Assembly (NCBI RefSeq): GCF_963921235.1
Contig: NC_086108.1
Location: 62,808,001-62,872,000, forward strand
Direction of reading: 5' to 3'
Length of the DNA: 64,000 nucleotides
Source of the DNA: Mobula hypostoma
Lineage: Eukaryota
The stretch's first letter is position 1. The number at the start of each line of letters is the position of its first letter. The translations under genes were made by a program, and so were the position numbers. The notes beneath the pieces were generated by a model that saw only the letters and a program-made list of their open reading frames with translations, did no database searches and was not told where the DNA came from. Below are positions 1-10,480 of this stretch, one piece after another.

Positions 1-189
1 TCTCTGAAGCAGCATGGATTGTAAGATTGACCTTCTCTGCTAAGATTTGCACCATTAATCTACCCTCTTTTTTACACGTTACAATGAATTTGCAGTGAGC
101 TGAGAAGTACATTTGCACATGGTAACCTCCAAGAAATACTTTAAAAGGATAATCACTCCAGTTTTTATCACTTACCAAGTTTTATCAAT

Positions 190-1300
190 GCACCATAGAA
201 AGTATCCTGTCTGGATGCATTACAGCTTGGTATGGCAACTGCTCTGCTCTTGACCATAAAAAAACTGCAGATTTGTGAGCACAACTCAGCAAATCAAGGA
301 AACCAGCGTCCCATCTATGGACACTGTCTATACTTCTCGCTGCCTTAGAAAGGGAGCCAGCATAAATAAAGACCATGCCCACAATGGCCATGATCTCTTT
401 TCCCCTCTCTCATTGGGCAGGAGGTATTAAAGCCTGAAAGCACATACCAAGTCTCAACGGCAGCTTCTACCTTGTTATAAAATGACTTGAATGATTCCCT
501 AGTATGGTAAGATGGACTCTTGATGTCAAATCAGAGAGAATCTGCAGATACTGGAAATCGAAGCGATACACACAAAATGCTCGAGGAACTCAACAGGCCA
601 GGCAGCATCTATTGAAAACAGTACAGTTGACATTTTGGGCCGAGACCCTTCAGCAGGACTGGAGAAAAAAAGATGAGGAGTAGAGTCAAATGGTGGGGGG
701 AGGGGAGAGAGAAACACAAGGTGATAGGTGAAACTGAGAGATGGAGGGGTGAAGTAAAGAGCTGGGAAGTTGATTGGTAAAAGAGATACAGGGCTGGAGA
801 AGGGAGAATCTAATTAGAGAGGACAGAAGGCCCTGGAAGAATAGAAAAGGGGGGAGGAACACCAGAGATGAGCAAGCAGAGAGGGAAAAGGCGATAAGGA
901 ATGGTGAAGGAGAGGGTGTGAGGGCCATTACCAGAAGTTTGAGAAATTAATGTTCATGCCATCAGGTTGGAGGCTATCCAGAGGGAATATAAGGTGTTGT
1001 TCCTCCAACCTGAGTGTGGTTACATCACAGGCGTACCAGAATGGGAATGGGAATTGGAATTAAAATGGGTGGCCACTGGAAGATCCTGCTTTTTCTGGTG
1101 CAAAATGATGTCACAATTTACATTGTTATGATCTTACGCATTATTCTTCTGCCTGCACTGTACTTTCTCTGTAGCCGTAATACTTTATTCTATATTCTGA
1201 TACTGTTTTATCTGGTACCCCTGTGCTCTGTGTAATAATTTGATCTATATGAACAGTATGCAAGTCTGCCTGTGACAACACCAAACCAATTCCAATTTCA
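190..1300 (+). mobile_element. Rex1/Babar-type LINE 3' fragment, split by a PLE insertion at 529-1105
   Basis: Similar to the 3' part of other Rex1 copies here (catagaaagtatcctgtctggatgcattacagcttggtatgg vs 13700-13740). Resumes after 1113 and ends near ccaattccaatttc. Confidence 0.7.
529..1105 (-). mobile_element. Older Penelope-like element 3' fragment (GIY-YIG C-terminus, pLTR, decayed hammerhead)
   Basis: Collinear with 4230-4830. Flanked by the 8-bp direct repeat tgatgtca (521-528 and 1106-1113). The hammerhead at ~625-660 reads CTGCTGA...AAAA on the - strand, so its core is mutated. Confidence 0.85.
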
Positions 1301-2358
1301 AAAGCGCCCACTGAGGTGAATGTCTTTCCTTTTCCAACACTCACTTCTAACAGGTCTCAATTCAAAAAGATTTATGGAGTCCATTAACTGTGATGTCACC
1401 AATCTGGCTGAGCAGCCAGTCACAAAGAAATCTCAGTCAGCACATTGAAAAGCAAAATGAATAATTGATTAACTTTTAATTAACTGTAAAATATTATACC
1501 GCTAAGAACAGAGCATACATATGGTTATCGTGGAATATAAAATATCATAAGTAAATATTTAAAGTTTTATTTTAAAATTACTTTGCTTAGAAAATGGATT
1601 GTATAGAGGTTTGTCCTTGTGAGTTTGTGGTTTTACTTCCATAAAAATAAAATATAATTTAAACTTAGATTTATCAGGTGGATCATGTCTGTGAATTTTG
1701 TTCTCATTCCTTCATGCACAGATCAATCAATATGTAATGCATGCCTGGGCAATAGTTAGTTGCTTTCACTGATGCCTGTATAGTTCATGCCAACCAAAAA
1801 TCATTCATATATGAACAAGCCTTCAAAGCACCTGATAGACTTATTCATTATTACTTAAAGGAAAGGTATCAATAACACCTACCCTCTGCTTCTAATTTTA
1901 TACTTACAGCACAGTTGATAATCACATTTGCTTTGTATAACAGTTGAACATTTATTCATTAAGTTTGTTATGATTTTGCATCACTGAATTGGAGTACCAG
2001 AATGCATTCCAATGTACTATTGAAATTATTTTTTGAGGGCTGCAATTATGCCTTACTTTAATGAGCATTTGAAGTTTTTCATGTTAATTTCATCTTATAG
2101 TTATAAAAGCTTACCCGGAGCTCCTTATGAAATGCGGCAACAGCTTTGGAATTATAAATTATCTATAAAGTTATTACTTCCCTGGCTTCCTTTTTTTAGT
2201 TGTGAGTAAGGAACATTTTATGGAACTTTGACAGGAAATTCTGTAAACTAGAAGTAACAAAAATGAGATTTATTATATTATCCCATCTTTATTTTATTGT
2301 AAATGATTTCTCAATTTTTTCTTATTTGTGACTTATTTACTTCATAGATTGACCCAAC

Positions 2359-2535
2359 ATGCGTTACTACATGGGGATTGATGTGGGGACTTCAAGTGTG
2401 CGGGGAGCACTTGTAGACCAAAATGGCAAAGTGATGGTCCAGGCTGAACAACCAATCCAGATCTGGGAGCCACAACCAGAATACTATGAGCAGTCTTCTG
2501 CTGATATCTGGGCTGCATGCTGTACTGTTTCAAAG
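2359..2535 (+). CDS. FGGY: FGGY carbohydrate kinase, first coding exon (exon begins at 2348 with 11 nt of 5'UTR)
   Basis: [23 protein letters not shown]...[16 protein letters not shown] matches the FGGY N-terminus (DVGT phosphate-1 motif). Acceptor AG at 2346-2347 after a pyrimidine tract; in-frame TGA at 2350; aacATG context; donor GTATG at 2536; phase 0. Confidence 0.95.
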
Positions 2536-3775
2536 GTATGTATAAAAAAACTGTATGACTTTATTGAACAAAAGAACTATTCATAGAATAAGCTGTATTT
2601 TTGTAGTACAGGAATCCAGCATCTTGTCTACTCTGTTTAAGTCACTGAAATCTAACACTATAGTTTTATGTCAACTCTCAATGCATTTGTAAATATTAAA
2701 TTCAATATTACATGTAATCTTAATCCTTACACCAGTTGGCATGAGGTACAGTACATGATTATTAATGCAGAATTTTGAAATTGCTCTTAAGTGAGCAATT
2801 GGCAAGTAGTTTCATCTATAAAACTAAACTTTGCTGACTTGATATGTTGAGCCATTATGGTTTTTTTCTGGATGAGTGGAGCCACTAGAAAATCGCACTG
2901 TTATGATTATTTCTCAAACAGTACTGTACTTTTACATTCTAGTTAATTGTTTCTCAATGGCCAGAAATAGACTTTGTTACCAAGAATAATCTGTTTACTC
3001 TGGAAAGTGAGAGGCCGGAAATGATGCCCACTGCAGTGATTCCATTTGTTTGTCAGGTGGTTCACAGTTTCTCAGCTGCCAGAAGGACCAGTACACTTCA
3101 GGGCTGGTTTTCGTGAACAAATTAAATAGATCAGCAACTGCAATCAATGTATTAAAAAAAACCAAGCACGTTATTGTTCCTGGATTATTTGTGACATTGC
3201 TATGTAGTCTTTCAGTGACTTAATCCTAAACTGGTGTGCAAGGGCCAATTTTTAGACTCAGTCACTTCCTGGCAGTACTTATTGTATTTCAGTAATTCAC
3301 ATGTAAAACAAGGCTTCTCCCTAAAATGGAACCATATTTTAACAGCATATTAGGGAAAAATGATGCCCTCAGGATATGAAGCCTGAAATTTGTCTTTGAC
3401 TATGAACATAGTTATAACTAAATATCAAAGTTTGCAGACTTTTTGATCTCTATTGCATTTTGGCATGCTGCATATTTACTTCCAGCAGATAATTTCATGT
3501 GGATTTTAAGAGAAGGTATTTCATGGATAGAACATGAAGAGGAGAGACAATGGAGGAAAATGGGGAGAAAGTACAGCCAAGATTTATTCAAATAATGCAT
3601 AATTTTGTGATAAGAATCTCTACAGTTTGGAATTATTTAGATATCTGCACAGGTGAATTATGAAGAATGAAGTGGGGAGGATTAAATCAAATTTGCAATC
3701 AGTAGATAGAGAAAAATACAGAATATAATGGCAAAAACAGCTTTCAATTTTATTAAATTTCTTTTGATCCTTCAG

Positions 3776-3887
3776 AAAATAACTCAGATGGTTGACTTGA
3801 GCCATATCCAAGGCATTGGCTTTGATGCCACCTGCTCTCTTGTTGTACTTGATGAAAACTTTGAACCTCTAGCTGTGAACGCAGAAG
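3776..3887 (+). CDS. FGGY: FGGY coding exon 2 (112 nt)
   Basis: Acceptor ttcag, then KITQMVDLSHIQGIGFDATCSLVVLDENFEPLAVNAE+G, donor gtaaag. Contains the conserved GFDATCSLVV motif. Confidence 0.95.
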
Positions 3888-3974
3888 GTAAAGCTATTGT
3901 TACTTCATATCAGAAAGATATATATCGATCTATTATATAATACCATTCAAAATATTTCAAAGGCGTTGCAGCTA

Positions 3975-4043
3975 TAGTTGTGCTGCAAAGTTAACAAATT
4001 TCACAACATATGCTGGTGATATTAAACCTGACTCTAATTCTGA
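3975..4043 (+). mobile_element. Rex1-type LINE 3' tail fragment
   Basis: acaaatttcacaacatatgctggtgatattaaacctgactctaattctga matches the tails at 14110-14161 and 24585-24632. Confidence 0.7.
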
Positions 4044-4322
4044 ACGGTGTTATATTACATAAGTAGCTTTGCCAAAAGTTAAAAACCTACCATTAGAGTC
4101 ATGCTGTGGAATATCTCCTAGAAACTGGAGTGCACAGCCTTGTTTTCCAATTATGGAAAGAGATTACACGCTTTATGCATGGTAGGTTATATCTAACTAA
4201 TCTTAAAGAGTAGCTTTAAACGCAAAACAACAGGAATTCTGCAGATGCTGGAAATTCAAGTAACACACATCAAAGTTGCTGGTGAACGCAGCAGGCCAGG
4301 CAGCATCTCTAGGAAGAGGTAC

Positions 4323-4358
4323 AGTCGACGTTTCAGGCCGAGACCCTTCGTCAGGACT
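4323..4358 (-). ncRNA. Minimal type I hammerhead ribozyme motif (PLE pLTR, inverted arm)
   Basis: Exact reverse complement of 7033-7068, with an intact CUGACGA / GAAA / GUC core. Confidence 0.85.
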
Positions 4359-4919
4359 AACTGAAGGAAGAGTGAGTAAGAGATTTGAAAGTTGGAGGGG
4401 GAGGGGGAGATCCAAAATGATAGGAGAAGACAGGAGGGGGAGGGATAGAGCCAAGAGCTGGACAGGTGATAGGCAAAAGGGGATACGAGAGGATCATGGG
4501 ACAGGAGGTCCGGGAAGAAAGACAAGGGGTGGGGGGAGACCCAGAGGATGGGCAAGAGGTATATTCAGAGGGACAGAGGGAGAAAGAGGAGAGTGAGAGA
4601 AAGAATGTGTGCATAAAAATAAGTAACAGTTGGGGTACGAGGGGGAGGTGGGGCCTTAGCGGAAGTTAGAGAAGTCAATGTTCATGCCATCAGGTTGGAG
4701 GCTACCCAGACGGAATATAAGGTGTTGTTCCTCCAACCTGAGTGTGGCTTCATCTTTACAGTAGAGGAGGCCGTGGATAGACATGTCAGAATGGGAATGG
4801 GATGTGGCCACTGGGAGATCCTGCTTTCTCTGGCGGACAGAGCGTAGATGTTCAGCAAAGCGGTCTCCCAGTCTGCGTCGGGTCTCGCCAATATATAAAA
4901 GGCCACATCGGGAGCACCG

Positions 4920-6735
4920 CTCTGCTCTCCACTCTCTCCACACTAATCCTAACCTTATTATTAAACCCGCCGATAAGGGGGGTGCTGTTGTAGTCTGGCG
5001 TACTGACCTCTACTTTGCCGAGGCACAGCAACAACTCGCGGATACCTCCTCTTATTTACCCCTCGATCGTGACCCCACTAAGGAGCACCAGGCCATTGTC
5101 TCCCTCACCATCACCGACTTTATCTGCTCAGGGGATCTCCCATCCACTGCTACCAACCTTATAGTTCCCACACCCCGCACTTCCCGTTTCTACCTCCTAC
5201 CCAAGATCCACAAACCTGCCTGTCCTGGCCGACCTATTGTCTCAGCTTGCTCCTGCCCCACCGAACTCGTTTCTGCATACCTCGACACGGTTTTATCACC
5301 CCTTGTTCAATCCCTTCCGACCTATGTTCGTGACACTTCTCACGCTCTTAAACTTTTCGATAATTTTAAGTTCCCTGGCCCCCACCGCTTTATTTTCACC
5401 ATGGATATCCAGTCCCTATATACTTCCATCCCCCATCAGGAAGGTCTCAAAGCTCTACGCTTCTTTTTGGATTCCAGACCTAATCAGTTCCCCTCTACCA
5501 CCACTCTGCTCCGTCTAGCGGAATTAGTCCTTACTCTTAATAATTTCTCCTTTGGCTCCTCCCACTTCCTCCAAACTAAGGGTGTAGCTATGGGCACCCG
5601 TATGGGTCCTAGCTATGCCTGCCTGTTTGTTGGGTTTGTGGAACAATCTATGTTCCATGCCTATTCTGGTATCTGTCCCCCACTTTTCCTTCGCTACATC
5701 GACGACTGCATTGGCGCTGCTTCCTACACGCATGCAGAACTCGTTGACTTTATTAACTTTGCCTCCAACTTTCACCCTGCCCTCAAGTTTATTTCCGACA
5801 CCGCCCTCCCCTTTCTAGATCTTTCTGTCTCTGTCTCTGGAGACAGCTTACCCACTGATGTCTACTATAAGCCTACTGACTCTCACAGCTATCTGGACTA
5901 TTCCTCTTCTCACCCAGTCTCTTGCAAAAACGCCATCCCCTTCTCGCAATTCCTCCGTCTCCGCTGCATCTGCTCTCAGGATGAGGCTTTTCACTCTAGG
6001 ATGAGGGCGATGTCTTCCTTTTTTAAAGAAAGGGGCTTCCCTTCCTCCACTATCAACTCTGCTCTTAAACGCATCTCCTCCATTTCACATAATCTGCTCT
6101 CACTCCATCCTCCCGCCACCCCACTAGGAATAGGGTTACCCTGGTCCTCACCTACCACCCCACCAGCCTCCGGGTCCAACATATTATTCTCCGTAACTTC
6201 CGCCACCTCCAACGGGATCCCACCACTAAGCACATCTTTCCCTCCCCCCCCTCTGCTTTCCGCAGGGATCGCTCCCTACACAACTCCCTTGTCCATTCGT
6301 CCCCCCCATCCCTCCCCACTGATCTCCCTCCTGGCACTTATCCGTGTAAGCGGAACAAGTGCTACACATGCCCTTACACTTCCTCCCTTACCACCATTCA
6401 GGGCCCCAAACAGTCCTTCCAGGTGAGGCAACACTTCACCTGTGAGTCGACTGGGTACTGTCTACTGCGTCCGGTGCTCCCGATGTGGCCTTTTATATAT
6501 TGGCGAGACCCGACGCAGACTGGGAGACTGCTTTGCTGAACATCTATGCTCTGTCCGCCAGAGAAAGCAGGATCTCCCAGTGGCCACATCCCATTCCCAT
6601 TCTGACATGTCTATCCACGGCCTCCTCTACTGTAAAGATGAAGCCACACTCAGGTTGGAGGAACAACACCTTATATTCCGTCTGGGTAGCCTCCAACCTG
6701 ATGGCATGAACATTGACTTCTCTAACTTACGCTAA
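4920..6735 (+). pseudogene. PLE reverse transcriptase + GIY-YIG endonuclease, 5'-truncated and frameshifted
   Basis: ORF 4783-6426 is RT-like from ~4920 to ~6090, then leaves frame. The endonuclease is in ORF 6442-6735. Confidence 0.9.
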
Positions 6736-7032
6736 GGCCCCACCGCCCCCTCGTACCCCATCTGTTACTTATTTTTATGCACACATTCTTTCTCTCACTC
6801 TCCTTTTTCTCCCTCTGTCCCTCTGAAAATACCTCTTGCCCATCCTCTGGGTCTCCCCCCACCCCTTGTCTTTCTTCCCGGACCTCCTGTCCCATGATCC
6901 TCTCGTATCCCCTTTTGCCTATCACCTGTCCAGCTCTTGGCTCTATCCCTCCCCCTCCTGTCTTCTCCTATCATTTTGGATCTCCCCCTCCCCCTCCAAC
7001 TTTCAAATCTCTTACTCACTCTTCCTTCAGTT

Positions 7033-7068
7033 AGTCCTGACGAAGGGTCTCGGCCTGAAACGTCGACT
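7033..7068 (+). ncRNA. Minimal type I hammerhead ribozyme motif (PLE pLTR)
   Basis: AGTC-CTGACGA-AGGGTCTCGGCCT-GAAA-CGTC-GACT: stem I AGTC/GACT, conserved CUGANGA box, short stem II, GAAA, palindromic ACGU in place of stem III. Predicted cleavage after GUC at 7064. Confidence 0.85.
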
Positions 7069-8384
7069 GTACCTCTTGCTAGAGATGCTGCCTGGCCTGC
7101 TGCATTCACCAGCAACTTTGATGTGTGTTGCTTAAAGAGTAGCTGTTGCCTACGTGGTCTTTAGCAAAGCATTTGGCAAAGCCTCGCATGGGTGGTTGGT
7201 CAAGAAAGTTGAGTTGCTTGGCATTCAAGATGAGCTGGGAAATTGGATTAGATACTGGCTTCGTGGGAGAAGCCAGAAAGTGGTAGTAGATGGTTGCCTC
7301 TCTGGCTGGTGACCTGTGCCTAGTGGAGTGCTGCAGAGACGGGCGCTAGGTCGGTTTTTGCTTGTCATCTATATCAACGATCCGAATGATAATGTGATAA
7401 AATGGAAAAGAAAATTTTTGGATGACACCAAGATTGGATGTGCAGTGGGCAGCGAGGAAGACTATCAAAGCTTGCAGTGAGATCTTGATGAATTGGAAAA
7501 ATGGGCTAAAATCTGACCGATGGAATGCAATGCAGGCAAATGTGAAGTGTTGCATTTGGAAGGACAAACCAGGGTAGGACTTGCACAGTGAGTGGCAGGG
7601 CACTGAGGACTACAGTAGCACAGAGTAATCTGGGAATACAGATCCATAATTTCATTGGAAGTGGCATCACAGGTAGATAGGGTCATAAAGAAAGCTTTTG
7701 GCATATTGGCCTTCATAAATCGAAGTATTGAGTACAGGAGTTGGGATGTTATATTGAAGATATTTAAGACATTGGTGAGGCCCAATTTGGAGTATTGTGT
7801 GCAGATTTGGTCACCTACCTACAGGAAAGATGTAAATCAGGTTGAAAGAGTGCAGGGAAAATTTACAAGAATGTTGCTGGGTTTGAAGGAGTTATAAGGA
7901 AAGATTGAATAGGTTTGGACTTCATTCCCTACAGTATAGAAAGTGAAGGGAGATTTGATAAAAGTATACAAAGTTATTGGAGTGGTATAGATAGGGTAAA
8001 TACAAGCAGGCTTTTACCACTGAGGTTCGGTGAGACTCAGATGAGAAGTCATGGTTAAGGGTGAAAGAAAATATTTAAAGGGAACATGAGGGGGAAATTC
8101 TTCACAAAGTGGGTGGTGATTGTGTGGAACGAGCTGCCAGAGGAAGTAGTGAATGCGGGTTGGATTTCAAAATTTAAGAGAAATTTAGATAGGTACATGA
8201 TGGGAGGGGTATGGAGGGCTCTTGATTTGGGTATAGGTCGATGGAACAAGGCAGATTCATTGCTCAGCACAGACTAGATGGGCCGAAGGCCCTATTTCTG
8301 TGCTGTGGTGCTCTGTTTCTCTAATTTTATGGATTTTCAGGATTGCTATAAACCCATCCAAACCATCCTAATTTTTCTACCTGT

Positions 8385-8560
8385 TACCCACACTAGGGAT
8401 AAATTACGGGAACCAATTAATCTACCACCCAATGTGCCTTTGGGATGTGGGAAGGAACCAGTACCTAGTGACAGGGAGAGCAAGCAAACTTCACATGGAT
8501 GGCACTGAAAGTTGGGGTTGAATTCAAATAGTTAGAACTTTGAGGCATTTGTACCAGATC
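8385..8560 (-). mobile_element. Degraded tRNA-derived V-SINE
   Basis: ctttgggatgtgggaaggaacc is the reverse complement of the V-domain-like motif seen at 33332-33361. Confidence 0.6.
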
Positions 8561-8993
8561 AGTGCAAATCAGTTACTTGCTTCAAAATCAGTCTTAATAC
8601 TGATGGAATTGAAGTGTTAACCAGGCAGATTTAGTAAAGAATGAATTAATTTGTCATATAATTTCAAATCTTGCATCTTCAAGGATTCCATTCATTGCCA
8701 AAATTAATTCTCACTTTTACAGTATAGAACATCTAAATATGTTTTCTAAAACTTTCATTTGTTTAATAATTAAAAAAAGGAAAATCCATATCATTTATAC
8801 CAGTATCTACATTTATTTTTTTAAAGATTTTGACTAAGGATTTGCCTTCGTACAGCATGCGATAAATAATTAGCAAAGTTTTTGACAATGTGTTTGATAT
8901 TTGGATTGCAGCTTTTTTTTGACCTATGGGATTATGCTATTAAGATAGCTGTCATACTGTGGTTTTAATGCTTTTTTGCTACATATGATGCAG

Positions 8994-9145
8994 GGGTGAA
9001 CAATAGGAACATTATCATGTGGATGGATCATCGAGCGGTTGATCAAGTAGACCGAATAAATCAAACAAAACACTCTGTGCTACATTATGTGGGCGGAGTG
9101 ATGTCCCCAGAAATGCAGCCACCAAAGCTTCTTTGGTTAAAAGAA
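8994..9145 (+). CDS. FGGY: FGGY coding exon 3 (152 nt)
   Basis: Acceptor tgcag, then (G)[50 protein letters not shown], donor gtaag. W-D-RA and PKLLWLKE are FGGY motifs. Phase fits the previous exon. Not in the ORF track. Confidence 0.95.
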
Positions 9146-9789
9146 GTAAGTCTTTATCTTTAAACTTTTTACCTTTCTAGCAATGTGCTTCATACAGGTA
9201 ATACAATAAAAAAATTGTAAGTGAAATCTTTATTACATGAATACAATATAAGTGAAACAAAAGTTCATAAAATGTGGGTCATAAATATTCCAGTTTTTCA
9301 TTTTGCTCCAGAAGGCAACCTTGCTAGATTAATAATTATTTACAGCCACTTCAGCAACATGTATGATTAAAGAGAAAATTTAAATCTTAAGCAGTTTGCA
9401 TTTCGAGCAGTAAAACTTCCAGTTTAAGATGACACTGGTGAAATACCCTAATGCTTTGCTGGCAGCAAACAAAACTACTAACTACTCTATTAATCACACT
9501 TTTTCTGGAAAAAGATCACTGTAATCAAAAGCCAATCAGCTCCCTTTTGGATTTGAGCTTTTGGACTGCATGTACAACCTGGACCTTTTGGGGTGTGAAC
9601 TGATGTCTCAAAGATGCAGGATGGTTGCAGTGCAGCATGCTCAGGCCAAACGAGTCTCAGGGCCCAGGCCTGAGTGTGAGGATTAGCTAATGTTTGGCCA
9701 TTGCTGGAGTGGACTTGGAGATGATTGGAAGTGCAGAACCAAGGCAAGGCAAAGAAAGGCCCAGTCCAAGAATGAACGCAGCCTGTAGC

Positions 9790-10020
9790 TCACAGACACA
9801 AGGCTGCAGATACTGTAAAGTAAAAATCAAACTGTTGGAGAAACTCAAGCAGCACACATAAAAATTGCTGGTGAATGCAGCAGGCCGGGCGGCATCTATA
9901 GGAAGAGGTACAGTTGACGTTTCGGGCCAAGACCCTTGGAGAAACTCAACTGGTTAGGAAGCATCTGTGAATGTAAAGGGGTAGTTGACTTTTTGGATCA
10001 AGACCCTGCATCAGTGCTGG
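9790..10020 (-). mobile_element. Old PLE pLTR remnant containing a nested 87-bp younger pLTR fragment (9849-9935)
   Basis: The inner piece matches 4260-4347 and is flanked by the 14-bp direct repeat ttggagaaactcaa (9835-9848 and 9936-9949). The outer piece has a decayed hammerhead at ~9983-10018. Confidence 0.8.
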
Positions 10021-10044
10021 GAGTGTAGAGGAAGGTAACTAGAA

Positions 10045-10480
10045 ACAGGATGCTGTCTGGATTAGAGAGCATGTCCTATCAGGATAGATTGAGCAAGTTA
10101 GAGCTTTTCTGTTCAGACGAAGCTGGATGGGATATGATTTGATAGAAGTGTACAAGATGATAAGAGGCATAGACAGCCAGAAACTTTTTCCTAGGGCAGA
10201 AATGGCTAATTTGAGCAGACATAATTTCAGATGATTGGAAGAAAATATAAGGGAGAGAAGTGGATGTCAGAAATACGTTTTACACAGATGGAACATGCTG
10301 CGGGGAGGTAGTATATGGAGGCAGATACATTAGGTACATTTAAAAGACTCTTAGATAGGCACAGTGATGAAAGAAAACTGAAGGCTATGTGGGAGGGAAG
10401 GTTTAGATTGACTTTAGAGAAGGGTTAAAGGTCAACAACATTGTGAGCTGAAGGGCCTGTACTGTGCTGTACTGATCTAT
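10045..10480 (+). mobile_element. CR1 3' fragment
   Basis: Similar to other CR1 3' ends in the window; ends gaagggcctgtactgtgctgtac. Confidence 0.75.

Larger units (their letters stand above)
4216..7130 (+). mobile_element. Young Penelope-like retroelement (probably Neptune-type), 5'-truncated, with an inverted copy of its 3' end and a 14-bp TSD
   Basis: RT from ~4920 with PADKG, MDIQSLYTSI, GVAMGTRMGP and RYIDD. Cys-rich linker CKRNKCYTC at ~6345 (shifted frame). GIY-YIG VYCVRCSRCGLLYIGET at 6460-6510. Inverted arms 4258-4919 and 6472-7133. TSD cttaaagagtagct at 4202-4215 and 7131-7144. Confidence 0.95.
4170..8325 (+). mobile_element. Degraded CR1 LINE (RT to 3' end), interrupted by the PLE at 4216-7130
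   Basis: 4170-4210 matches the CR1 segment at 43010-43050. After the PLE it continues with remnants of FSKAFDK, DDTKIG and LVRPNLEYCVQIWSP, then a CR1 3'UTR. Confidence 0.85.

Noticed and set aside
625..660. Active hammerhead ribozyme
   Set aside because: Core mutated (CUGCUGA, AAAA). The copies at ~9985, ~23490, ~36085, ~36512, ~47766 and ~55850 are likewise mutated, and those at ~9910 and ~49026 are incomplete.
4783..4919. N-terminal part of the 547-aa ORF as a real protein start
   Set aside because: It is the antisense reading of the inverted endonuclease arm, fortuitously in frame with the truncated RT. The Pro-rich C-terminus is also out of frame.
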